This document shows positions 51,602 to 63,625 of a DNA stretch of 64,000 bases, in pieces. The stretch is from Squalus acanthias (taxonomy: Eukaryota), in assembly GCA_030390025.1 (NCBI GenBank), contig CM059432.1, positions 124,374,001 to 124,438,000 of the forward strand. The letters are read 5' to 3'. The notes under the pieces were generated by a model. The model saw only the letters and a program-made list of their open reading frames with translations. It was not told the DNA's origin and searched no databases. The position numbers and the translations under genes are program-made. The stretch's first letter is position 1. Every line of letters begins with the position of its first letter.

Positions 51602-51987
51602 TTTCTCTCTCCACGGATGCTGCCTGGCCTGCTGAGTTTTTCCAGCATTTTCTGTTGTTATTTCAAAAGTAAATGTGTTTTTTTTCACTGAATTTTTCTC
51701 ATTAGCAAAGCTCCAGGTGCAGATTTGGACAAGTGCAAGGAACACTACTACTAGTGGTGGGAGCAGGAAATTCTGGTGGCTAAATTCGATAGCCCTCAAA
51801 AATGGGCGCGAGGATCACGATTAACTCGCACCCATTGCTTCCGATGCTTGCTAATTTGCATGATTGCCGCATGCAGCCAGCGTTAAACGTACTGTTGAGT
51901 GGCTGCACGCCTCAACAGGGGGCCCAAGTTTGTGCGAGGCTAGCACCACTTAAAGCAAGCCTGCACAACTTAAAAGGAGGTGCATTC

Positions 51988-53642
51988 TGGCTGCAAGAAG
52001 TTCAATGACCTTACATGAATCGTCAAGGTCAGTGAAATTGTCTTCAAATGCCATATCCCACCAACTGCCCCACTAGCCTTGTACATTGCTCAATGCACCA
52101 TACCCCCATTACTCGCCTACAAACAATCTCTAACAAACAGACCTCACATTCATAGCTACACCTCACCCTCCCACACTTAGTACTGCTGCAAGCCTCACAG
52201 CCATATCTCACAGCTTGCACACACTGCCAGCTATTCAATCATGACAGACATATCACCCAAACACATTCACTGACAAACTTCCCTCTCTTTTGCAGGATAA
52301 GTTGGCGCATAACCAGAGGCAGCAGGAGCTAACCAGCGGGGACAGGCATGGCTGTATGTCCTTACCCCAGTGGAGGAGACACGGTCATCATCATTGGAGC
52401 AGCCATCGCTGAGGCCATGGCCAGCAGTAGAGCTGAAATCATCGAAGATGACGGTATCCCCATAACTAATCCTCCTTCTCACATCTCACTTTCTCCTCAT
52501 CCCACAATTTCTTCTGATTTGCAAGCTGCAGATGGTGTAAGCATGCACCTCTTGCTTTCCCCCCTCCCCCTCTCCTCAGCACAACCTGACCCTTGTGCCT
52601 TTCTCTTTTCAGATAGCCAAGAACTACAACCAGGCCAGAAAGTGGTGGAGCAGCAACAGGTAGAAGAGCAGGAAGACCGTGATGAAGAAGAAACACCGTT
52701 GCTCAATTTAGAGGATAGATTAGAGGCAAGATCTGCACGTGGTGAGATACCGGGCATGAGTGGGCTGCAGCCAGGGCAGGGGGCAAGGGTAACGCAGGTG
52801 CCAGCTTCCGAGAGGGCGAGGTCACACATGAGTTTTGCTGCAGAGGACTCAGGTGAGGACTTCGATGGGGTGGCCTACAGAAGAAGCAGATGGGTATGCA
52901 CAATGAAATGCTTGGTGCATTGGCAGGCCTGCCAAAAACTGAGTGCAATGTCAAGGATCATGGAGGAGTCCGGCACCAACTTGGCACAGGGTTTTGCACA
53001 GAGTTTGGAGCCCATCCTTTCCACCATGGAAGTGGCAGCCAACTCCATTAACACACTTGTGGCCCCAACAGCGTCTGTTGGCCAATGTATCAGCTTCCAT
53101 TGCAGCACAAGCAGAAGCCACCCAATGTCTGGATGCTGCAGTGAAAGTTCAGACTTTAGTCATGCAAGGTCAGCTTGCTGCCACACAAGCTCAGACTGCT
53201 GCCATCATGGCTGCAGATACCAGTGTTCAAAGGGGCTTGCAGGGTGTCACAGCACTCCAGCAATCTGTCCTCTAACAGATTACTAGGATTGCTGAGGTGC
53301 TGCCCCAGGGGAGTGGCAGTGGCTCCGTGGAGCACAAACCTGCTGTCCTCTCTCAGGGTGACAGCATTTTTCTTCCCACCCCACCATTCCGCCAGTGCCC
53401 TTGCTGTTGCCTGTCAGCCAGCCAGCCCAGACTGCTGCCGCCCATGCCGAGATAGTGCAGTCCACAGCAGGGCCTTCTAGGCCCAGAGCTGCTCGAGGTC
53501 ATCCTCCAAGGCCATCTGCAGTCTCCCACACTGATATTCCACCAGCCATGCTGCAGCCACTGGGGTAGCACTGCATAGGAGCACTAGGACAGGCAAAGGC
53601 ACACGAAAGACAGACTCTAAGGGAATGCACAGGAGTGATTAG
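51988..53642 (+). pseudogene. Harbinger Myb/SANT-like gene, three exons (exon 1 mostly deleted)
   Basis: KKFNDLT*IVK then GT at 52028; AG then exon 52296-52453 (DKLAHNQRQQELTSG); GT at 52454; ttttcAG then exon from 52613. Confidence 0.75.
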
Positions 53643-53809
53643 TTGACGTTAGCATGCAATATGGCATGGTTTGATTTATAAATTTGGTTTGGAATGTTCA
53701 TGTTATGTTGGCTTTATTTTTGCATTGTGGCCAAGAGGACGCTGCAATGGTCAGTAACAGAGGGAAGGTAAGGTGTGGGACTGTTGGTGAATGTGGAATT
53801 GGGGTTGCG

Positions 53810-55376
53810 TTTACTGGTATCACAGTCAGATGAGTCCGTCACGGACAGCCCGGCCAGAAAGGGGCTGTCTAGGGTGCCTCTTCTTCATCCTCTTCCTCCT
53901 CCTCCTCCTGTTCCTCAGCTGGTTGCCGTGTTGCTGGTGGCAAGGGCTGTGCCCACATGATGGCAAGGTTGTGCAGCATGCAGCAGACCACCACGAATCT
54001 TGACCCCTGCTCTGCCGAGTCCTGCAGGGCTCCTCCAGAGCGGTCCAGGCAGCGGAAGCATTGTTTCAGCACACCAATGATCTGCTCGATGATGTTTCGT
54101 GTGGCAGCATGGCTTTCATTGTATGCATGCTGCCCACGTGTGAGTGGGTTGTGCAGCGGAGTCATGCGCCATGTCATTAACGAATAGCCCTTGTCGCCCA
54201 GTAGCCACCCTCTGGTTTGTCGTGGTGGCTGAAATGCAGATGGCACAGCAGACTGCCGCAGAATGAAGGCATCGTGGCTGCTGCCAGAATCACCTGCATG
54301 ATTCGCTGAGTATGGTCGCACACCAGTTGGACATTGAGGGAGTGGAATCCCTTTCGGTTGCGGTACATCTCAGAGTTTACATGCAGTGCCTGCAAAGAGA
54401 CGTGCGTGCAGTCAAGGGCACCCTGCACCACGGGGAAGCCGTGTTCCCTCCGCCTGCTGCTCTCTGGGACGAGAGAATGAAATGTAGTTAGCTCTCTTGG
54501 AATACAGAATCTGAGTTACCTCCCTTATGCAATGGTGGATGGCAAACTGCGAGATGTTGCAAATATCTCCTGCTCCAGCCTGGAAGGAGCCCGACGCATA
54601 AATGTTCAAGGCCACGGTCACCATCACAGCCACTGGCAATGCCGTCCTCGCCCTGCTCTGAGGTTACAGTTGTGAAAGGAAAGGCTTGCATTTCTATAGC
54701 GCCTTTCACGACCACCGGAGTCACAAAACGCTTTACAACCAATGAAGTACTTTTTTTGAAGTGTAGTCACTGTTGTAATCTAGGAAACGCAGCAACCAAT
54801 TTGCGCACAGCAAGCTCCCACAAACAGCACTGTGATAATGACCAGATAATCTCTTTTAGTGATGCTGATTGAAGGATAAATATTGGCCAGGACACCGGGG
54901 ATAACGCGCCTGCTCTTCTTCAAAATAGTGCCATGGGATCTTTTACGTCCACCCGAGAGAGCAGACGGGGTCTCGGTTTAGCGTCTCATCCAAAAGACAG
55001 CACCTCCGACAGTGCAGCACTCCCTCAGCACTGCACTGGAGTGTCAGCCTAGATTTTCGTGCTCAAGTCTCTGGAGTGGGACTTGAACCAACAACCTTCT
55101 GACTCAGAGGCAAATGTGGTACCAACTGAACCACAGCTGACCCTGTGGCTGCAGCAGGTGGTAGATTTCAGTGAGGACACCCTTAGTGAAGCGCAGACGT
55201 CTAACACACTGTTCCTCGCTGAGGTTCAGGTAGGAGTATTGCTCCCTGAACACTGGCCTCCTGCTGAGAGCCCTCCTCCTGCTTCCTCTTCCAGCAGCTT
55301 GTCTCAATCTGTGTCGCCTCTGCTCATTCTCCCTATCATGCTGTAGGCCAAGTGGAATGCCTACTACTGCACCCAT
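53810..55376 (-). pseudogene. Harbinger transposase, frameshifted and split by a DeuSINE
   Basis: MGAVVGIP..., GALDCTH, SLNVQLVCD, GSSHDAFIL, LLGDKGY, RNIIEQ, CCMLHNLA. Confidence 0.92.
54675..55141 (-). mobile_element. Full-length DeuSINE
   Basis: Head, Deu domain and GAAAGGCGCTATAGAAATGCAAG tail; similar to 4344-4780. Confidence 0.92.
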
Positions 55377-56080
55377 GTCTGGGAGCAAGTGGTTTGTGCA
55401 GAATCCTTGAAGTCAGGACAAAGTCCTTGAGCACCTGCCACACCACTCCCTGTAGACTTTAGCAACTTTAAAGGACTCTTGAAACCACCAAACACTTCTA
55501 CAATCACAGCAAGAGCCAGCAGAAATCAATCAGCAACTAACCTGTAAGTAGTTGGTGATCCCTTTAAATAGCGCTGGTTGGGGGGTCCTTCCGGCTGTTG
55601 AATGCCTGTTCAGCTGTGTGTGTTTAACAGAAGGCGTTAGCTGGAGTGTTGAGCTCCAAAATGGTAGCGTTGGCATCAAATCAGCATTGCACGCTGATTG
55701 ACATCACGATCTGCTTACTCTGCAAACTTCCAGTGGACGCTCCCTGCACGCATGCTAACGCCCTCACCAAGATGGCGTCCGGTGCGGCCCGCACCAGAAG
55801 TGTGCACGTGCGCCGCGGACACCATTTTGGAACCTAAACAACACTCTGAGCGCCCAAACTACAGCGCTACGGAGCCGCAATTTGTGGCCATTGTGTTTAA
55901 TCAAATTTAAATGGTTGGGGATAATTAAAAGGTAATGTCGCAATAAGTGTCAAGAATAATGAAAGCCTTTGCAAAGTCTTAAAAGGCATCTCAACCCCCT
56001 AGCAGCCTTTGCCAAGGCTGAAGAGCAGGGAATTAAGAAGCGACAGGCATGAAATGAAAGGAAAGGAAACCCGAGATGCA

Positions 56081-56415
56081 GGGGTCGATTTCAATTACCA
56101 CAAGAAACCTCGAGAATGAGTTAGTTTCCCACCCGCCCACGGCAATTCTAACCATCGGGTCTCATTCCCACACCACAGGTCCACTTCCCACCTGGAATGG
56201 GAGGTGGACTAGTGGGGTAGTAATAAGGCCCGATAATGTCAAAAGGACCCCCAACAGCATCTTAACTCGGGCCTGAGCGGGGGGAGTCATTACGGCTTTC
56301 CCGCCATGTTGAAGCAAGTCAGAAGAGAATTGGGACTTGACGATGACTTGCTCCTCCGGGCCCCACAATGAAAGTGTAGGCCACACCTCCTCGAAACTCA
56401 CCCTCTCCACCCTCA
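56081..56415. mobile_element. Truncated Harbinger-type MITE end
   Basis: GGGGTCGATTT terminus, similar to the right end of 59044-59900. Confidence 0.4.
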
Positions 56416-57437
56416 CTGCGCTTCCCCATGTTGAACTCCATCTGCCACAATTTTGCCCACACACTTAATCTATCAGTGTCCCTTTGTAATTTTCTGCTCC
56501 CATCTACACTATTTACTGTGCCACCTAACTTAGTATCGTCAGCAAACTTGGATACACAGCTCTCTATTCCTTCATCTAAGTCATTGATAAATACAGAGAA
56601 AAGCTGAGGCCCCAGTACAGATCCCTGGGAGACACCACTAGTCACTTCCAGACAATTTGAGTACATATCCATTATCCCTACCCTCTGTCTCCCACCTCCT
56701 AACCAATTCCCTATCCATGTCAATAGGATGCCTCCAATTCCATGCACTTTCATTTTTGCTAAGTCTCTTGTGTGGAACTTTATCAAATGCCTTCTGGAAG
56801 TCCATATAAATAACATCCATAGACACTCCCTTATCAACTAGGTTAGTTAGACATGACTTACCCTTTACAAATCCATGCTGGCTCTCTGACCAGTTCATAT
56901 TTGTCCAAGTGTTCAGTCACTCTGTCCCTAATAACAGAATCTATTAACTTTCCTGCAACAGACGTTAAGACTAATAGGTCTATAATTTCCTGGTTTATCT
57001 CTTCCACCCTTCTTAAATAATGGAGTGACATTGGCAATTTTCCAATCTAAGGGGACAATTACTGAATCAAGAGAGTTTTGGAGAGTCATGACGAAAGCAT
57101 CTGCAATTTCCTCACCCACTTCTTTAAATACCCTGGGGTGGAAACCATCAGGTCCTGGAGATTTGTCAATCTTCAGTCTCAATATTTTATCCATTACCTT
57201 TTTTTTCATTGATATTAAATCTAGTTAGTTCCTCCCCTTGATTTATTTTTAGTTCTCCTTGTAGCTCTGGTACTTTATCCTCATCCTCTACTGTGAAGAC
57301 CAATACAAAGTAGTTATTTAGCAAGTCTGCTATTTCCTTATTTTCAATTATAAAATATCACCTACATCTGTCTTTAAGGGGCCCACATTACCCTTAGCCA
57401 CCCTCTTTCTCTTAATATACTGGTAAAAACTTTTACA
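56416..57437 (-). mobile_element. CR1 RT fragment
   Basis: KSPGPDGFHP, NYRPISL, QHGF, DFQKAFDKVPH, QGSVLGP, FADD. Confidence 0.9.
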
Positions 57438-58344
57438 AGTATATCGTAGCTGGTAGTACAGATGGTAGACTGTCCCTGCAAGTCTTCCCTCATCAGATGG
57501 CACACAGCAGTTACAGCCCCTGTTGAGCCTGACCCTACTGCTGTGCTGTGCCCTGGTAGCTGAGTCTGTTGTTATGCCAGACCTATTCCCTGGGTTAGTG
57601 CCTGCTAAAAATCATGTGCATCCTGTGTTGCCGATTTCTGCTGTTAGGTACAAAATTTGCCAACGGTCGCTTTACTCATCCTCTGGGGCAGAACACTCCT
57701 CTGTGCTATTGACTTCTGTCACAGCTGTGCATGAATATTTCATGCCTGATCTTGAACAACACCTTTACTGGTGTTGTTTTTCTCTTACTTTGTGTTCATT
57801 TCTGTGAAGCCATTTTTTGGATAGGATGAATCCTCAGAGTAGTGCTTTCTACCAGTTTTTACTTTCTATTGGCTGTGCACCAGTGTACGCCTACTTTTTT
57901 GCTAAGACTGGAGAAGAGAGAAGAGTTTTCAGGGAGATCAGACTACTGTTAGCCTGCCCTCTAGTCAAGTATTTGGTCAAACCCCTGACACTATATTTGC
58001 TTTCAAGGTCTATGCAATGTTCCATTGTGTGTGAATCCTTGTGAGTCCCGAGTAATTGCAGAGCCCCCTTCGCTCACTCTTTGCACTCAGTGAGGCAGGC
58101 CTTCCTCTTATTGCACTTGGGTTTAAAGGTTCGCCTGGGTGCAGTGCACAGAGGAAAATCAGGCAGCAAGGATTGGATGCACATAGCGCCCGTCCGATTT
58201 TCTGTCGATTAATTTAAATTAATGGATGGAAAATTTGACAGGCTCCACCAGAGACGTGCAATCCTCCCCCTCTTACTTTCCTCTTTGCGCTGCACCCAGG
58301 TATACCTTTACATCCAGCCAATCAGAGGAAAACCCGCCATAACT

Positions 58345-58508
58345 GGTCCTGAAATTCCACCGTAACTTTGGTGAAGATCGATGGGAATCCCCGAAAAATG
58401 GCATAAACTGCGGTTTCCAGCCATTTATGTCAATTCTCAGGGGGTTCCACTGACTCCGACCAAATTCAGAGCAGAAGATCAGGAGAAACTTCATTGAATT
58501 TCTGGGCC
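58345..58508. mobile_element. Short hairpin MITE
   Basis: GGTCCTGAAATTC / GAATTTCTGGGCC termini. Confidence 0.55.
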
Positions 58509-59043
58509 ATTATTTTTAAGCTAATTCTGTCATAAGTTTGCACTAAAAACTGCCAAGTTGAGGCTGAGATGGCAAATTTGCACAAGATGTTTTAAAAAAA
58601 CACAAATTTTGTCACAATGTGTTACATTATGGACACTTGTCGGGTAAACACAGATTAAGTAAATCACAGCTGAAACTCAACAATATGCAAAAGCATCCTC
58701 TAAAGAGAAGACATCTTTAAAATGTGGGCATCATTTTTGGAACCTGCTGGTCAGATTAAGTAATAGTGTGTCTGTACTGCCCTCTGCAGGCAACACATCA
58801 GTACAGCACAAATCGATTTTATACAGTACAAAAGAAATGAGCTATTCCACCTCTGCATTCATATTTTTTAAATGTGTTTTCCAAATTTTACAGAGGGTCA
58901 CATATTGATGGAGTAGTTTTACTTACAAGACATTTGCAGGAACATACACTGATACAATGGTTGGTGAAAATCAATTTGGGCAGTAGCGCAAAACGAGCGA
59001 CAGCGAATCGATTAGACAGCACAAACCTGAGAACCGAAACCAT

Positions 59044-59900
59044 GGCCCCGATATTTACGGGGAGGGAGCACGGTAGCGGGGCTTGGGGGGAAACCCAGAA
59101 ATCCGGGAGATGTGGCGCTCCTGCCGCATTTAACAGCAGGACCTCATTATCATTTTCCTCTTCCGTTCCCTGCACGGCCGGATTGACAGGCTGGCCGGCT
59201 GCCGGGCGGGATAGCCAGCGGCAGGAGGTCGCAGGCGGGGACCATTGGGGACGGCAATTGGGAGGGAAAGGTCAGGGCATGGTTGGGAGGGGGGCTGGCC
59301 AATCGTGGGATGGACGGCTCGAGAACAGGGGTTGGTGGGAGGTCGGAGCTCGGCAATCGGGAGGGAGGTAAAGGCCGGGGCATGGTGAGTTAGGGGCATT
59401 GGGGGGGGTCGGGCAATCGCAGGGCAGGCGGCTCGAGAACAGGGGTTGGAGGGGGAGGGGTCATCGATCGCAGCCTCTCCTCGAGGCTGCGATCGGCAGA
59501 AGGGAGGCCGAAGGTTTGCTTGAGGGGCTGGAGGGAGCTCTCCTGCTCCTCCTGGCCTGCAAGCAGTGCTCTAAAAAGCACTTTGTTGCTGGAGCCGGCT
59601 GCTCCCATCTCCATTTAGCTGCTGGGTTTCCCGAACCCTGGGAAACCCGGCCCAGAGACATTAAATTTAAATCAGGCTCCCAACTACACTGTGGGAGCCT
59701 GATTAAAATATTATAATGAAGTGTCCCACCTCTCCAAGATGGCCGATACACACACCACGCAACCCGCCACCATAAAAATGACAGCAGGCGCGTATGCGAT
59801 GGGTTGGGGACACGTTCTCCGATTATTTTATTTTTAACACCCACACCCACCCCCCCCAAGACCCTCTCCTGCCCATCGTGAGGGGTTTAATATCGACCCT
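59044..59900. mobile_element. GC-rich Harbinger-type MITE
   Basis: GGCCCCGATATT / AATATCGACCCT termini; TSD CAT; internal direct repeat CGGCTCGAGAACAGGGGTTGG. Confidence 0.75.
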
Positions 59901-60084
59901 CATAAGTGTGTTGTCCAATCAAGTTTGTGAGGTATTGTACTCCTAGAAAAATGTGATATTTAAAAGTTTCTTTTTAATCTAAATAATTGTGGATCACCTG
60001 TGGTGTTAGTCATGGTGAGTCAGAGGATACACTGATTTATAACACGAATGATACTGTATGTGAAACATGATGTATTGTTATATT

Positions 60085-60407
60085 TAATCGGCAGCACCTC
60101 CCAAACCCGTGACCTCTACCACCTAGAAGGACAAGGGCAGCAGGCGCATGGGAACACCACCTCCTCCAAGTTCCCCTCCAAGTCACACACCATCCTGACT
60201 TGGAAGTATATCGCTGATCCTTCATTGTCACTGGGTCAAAATCCTGGAATTCCCTCCCTAACAGCACTGTGGGTGTACCTTCACCACACGGACTGTAGCG
60301 GTTCAAGAAGGCGGCTCACCACCACCTTCTCAAGGGCAACTAGGGATGGGCAATAAATGCCGGCCTTGCCAGCGATGCCCACATCCCAGGAACGAATAAA
60401 AAAAAAG
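60085..60407 (+). mobile_element. CR1/L2-group LINE 3' fragment
   Basis: Reverse complement of 49806-50125; poly(A) end. Confidence 0.88.
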
Positions 60408-60925
60408 ATACAGTAGAGTTTGTGTGACATTACTGAGAGCGCTGAATGGATTGGGTCTTACACTGATGGCGATGGCAGCAGTGGGTTTCGGACAGAATGT
60501 GAAATAGAAAGAAATATGATGGGCTGAGGCAGGGAGAATGAAAGATGCAATAAACAGGACGGGTTGAGGTGGCACGGAAATACATAAAGTATTGCGGTTA
60601 GGAAATAAATAAATGCAGATGAATAGACCCAGCTGGAAATATAAAAAAAAGGAAATGAGAAGGAATGGCCGGGGTTGCAAAGAAGGAAATAAAGAACCAA
60701 AATTAGTTCCAGCTGCAAACGAGAAGTGAAGAAGGAGCAGCTCAGGAAGGGCGGCTATAAAATACAGGAATAGGAATAGCAGCGCGCAGAAGGAATCAAA
60801 GCAGGAAAAGAGGAACCGTGGAGGTTGAAGGAGAATTCAACACGGTCACTGAAAGGACATAAAGATATAGATTCACCAAAACAATGAAATAAATGTTAAA
60901 GTACTTTTCCTTTGGCTCAAGTATC

Positions 60926-60926
<1 letters not shown>

Positions 60927-60958
<32 letters not shown>

Positions 60959-61047
60959 TAGATAGATGGGCAGATAGATAGATAGATGGGCAGATAGATA
61001 GATAGATAGATAGACAGATAGACAGATGGATGGATGGACGGATGGAC
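60927..61047. repeat. Compound tetranucleotide microsatellite (GATA/GACA/GATG)
   Basis: Direct reading. Confidence 0.95.
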
Positions 61048-61505
61048 ATATAAAAGAAATCAGTTTGACATTGCAGTTGCTTTTTTTTATGCAGAAGCGA
61101 AGGTGAAAGGCCAAGGCCCTGAGGGCAAGATCTTGAAAAGAGTAAAAAGGACAAGATAAATCAGGGAGCAGTGATTAGGTGACACCACGCATTGGTTTTA
61201 AAAGCTTGAAAGATGAAGACAAACCTGAGGGAGGTAGGGAGTTACACAGTTTGTGATCCTGGTTGAGAATGATTTAGAGTAGAAGGCCCCGATATTCTTG
61301 TATTACGGGGAATGCTCAGATCTCAGGTGCAACGGAGAAAAGGATAGAGGCCTGTGATACCAGGTCTCCAACTCTTTTACATTGCCCCAAGATTTCCAGG
61401 GCTTGCCCTTGGGGTTGGGGTGAAGGGTGGTGGAGCACTTGCACCTTCAATAGGCATAGGAATTGAAATTTCATGACAATGAGGAGGGACGGACTGAACA
61501 ATACT

Positions 61506-62993
61506 TGTAAGATTCTCAAAATTCACAGATCCCCCAAAACTCAAAGACACACCCTAAGGAAAAAGACTTTGGACTCTTTGTCTAACTATTTCAGGGTGGT
61601 GAAATGCATTGGGAAAAACCGAAGGACATTTTAGAGCAAAAACCAAGATTTGGTATTTTAAAAGACATGTCTGGACTTGTAAGGGAGAAAAGGCTGTAAA
61701 GGAAGGTGGGTTCAACCTCTGTAAAGATAGTTTGGATATTGGAGTTAATGCAAACTGTCTGGGGAACTGCATGACCTCGCTTGGAGTTAAATCGGCCCCT
61801 ATCAGACATTAACATCCTAACAATAAACCGGAGGAAAAGCAGTCTCCACCCAAATTTACAGAACCCATCAAAACATGCATAAAACAGATCACTTCGGCCT
61901 ACTCTATAGAAATCCCAGGCCCAGTCAAGAAACTCAAAACTTGGGAACAATCAACTATGATTAAGTGGCAGATCGACAGGATGAAGCCATCCCGAAACCA
62001 CTTCACACATTAACAAACAAGTTACCGTTAACGAGTCCGCCAAAATCTAACAATGACCGGGATTTGATTTGGCGCGCAGATAAGGAAGCTTCAATTCGTA
62101 TAATTGAAGGCCCGCTCTCAACCTAGACAGTGCAGTTCATCCACGGAGGCATTCACCGCAACACAGTTCCCCAGTACCACCGTTCAACGTTCCGTGTTCA
62201 GCCAGGAGGTCGACAGCTCGAAAACCAGACCGTTCAACAAAAGAGGCCAACAGCTCCCAAAGTAGGCCAACACGTGGAAGAAACCAGAGCGACCACCTCA
62301 GTGACCATCGGACACCTCGCGGCAACAAGGGCCTCACGAAAACAACCAACCGAACATCACCACCAATATTGGGCCACCGCGACCAAAGAAAACCAACTCG
62401 GAGAAAAACCGAAGATCCGCAAAGTTTCCACTCTACAATCTACTTCTGACTTACCCCTGGGTAAGATTTTTCCCCAAAAGACTCTAAACCCTACTTCTAA
62501 ACCAAAGAAAAGTGGGTACTCACCTGATAGATCCAATACGCACCCTACCGTATCAGCGGACTCGCGAAGACTGACCAGCTACACAGTTGAAGTCCTCTAC
62601 CGCGTACGGGGTACGGCAGACACCAACCAACATATAGAGCGAACCCCAAAATCGCGAACCAGCCCAACTGTCAAGGATTCTGGTGAGTATCATCCCTGGT
62701 CCTCTAGAGTCCAACCTAGCTAGGGAAGTGGGATTGGGAGGGATGAAGTATTCTTCTAATGTAATTTCCCTCGTTTGTACCTAAGTGTTCCCCATTTTAT
62801 TAGAGTGTTAAGATTGTTGTGTTGTGTTTTACTCTCTTGAATAAAGATCAAAGTTCTTGCATCAAAACCAGTTGTCTGTTGCACTTTTGTCACAACCCCC
62901 AAACAAGTCCAAGGTCTAGAACCAAGGGAGTGGGAGCGATTCGAACCGCTCAGAAGTCAGAGGTGAAGCTGACACAAACCACCACCCCCTACA
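61506..62993 (+). mobile_element. Solo LTR, 1488 bp, same family as 20298-21660
   Basis: TGTA...TACA termini; TSD TACT (61502-61505, 62994-62997); AATAAA near 62841. Confidence 0.9.
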
Positions 62994-63478
62994 TACTTCC
63001 CACTTCATTTTCCACTGGGAGTGCCGGTTGGATGCCCATTTGGCCAGGAACAAAAGAAGCTGTCACTAGCATTTGTGTCTGGCATCCATAGATCGGAGAG
63101 TCTGAAAGGAATATGTAGCCAGACCAAGAAGGCCTATAAAGGTAAGTGGCCTTTTCTCCCCACAGGAATCCATTGGATCTTTGGGGCTGGAGGTTTTCTG
63201 GCTGTAGTTTTTAAGACAGCAAGAGGAAAGCCATACAGCTTGGGAGCATTATTGCTGACCCAGGTCTGAGAATCTGGTTTTCCTCCCCTGTCTCTGGGTG
63301 CAGGCCTCTGCCAGGGGACAAGCCTGCACCAGCGACACATCAGGGCCATGCCAAATTCCCATAACTCTAGGTGGATTCGGGTCAGATCAGGGGCAGCGCA
63401 CATTGGGTGTGTACATCTGACTCGTACACCAGTGCAGAAGGAAGATGAATACCATGGCTCCAGACTCCGCAGTGAGTC

Positions 63479-63625
63479 TGCTGGAAACACTCAGCAGGCC
63501 AGGCAGCATCCGTGGAGAGAGAAACAGAGTTAACGTTTCAGGTCTGTGCCTGGTCTGCTGAGTGTTTCCAGCATTTTCTGTTGTTATTTCAGATTTCCAG
63601 CATCCACAGTATTTTGCTATTGTAT
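63479..63625. mobile_element. Short fold-back Penelope-like terminal repeat
   Basis: GCTGGAAACACTCAGCAGGCCAGGCA pairs with TGCCTGGTCTGCTGAGTGTTTCCAGC; only the 3' half of the hammerhead is present. Confidence 0.78.

Larger units (their letters stand above)
50707..51664. mobile_element. Inverted pair of 5'-truncated Penelope-like element 3' ends, forming a long palindrome
   Basis: Arms 50734-51187 and 51201-51664; the arms encode QSSGLNIEFNNFRS* (left arm extends to GTLQ), resembling the end of the PLE GIY-YIG region, and each has a hammerhead motif. Confidence 0.85.
51776..55889. mobile_element. Near-complete degenerate PIF/Harbinger transposon (Myb gene on +, transposase on -, convergent)
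   Basis: Termini GTGGCTAAATTCG / GCAATTTGTGGCC; both genes present. Left boundary approximate; no TSD seen. Confidence 0.85.

Noticed and set aside
20298..62993. One 42-kb LTR element bounded by the two similar LTRs
   Set aside because: Each LTR has its own TSD (ATAG, TACT), the CR1 rejoins across the first, and I saw no gag/pol between them.
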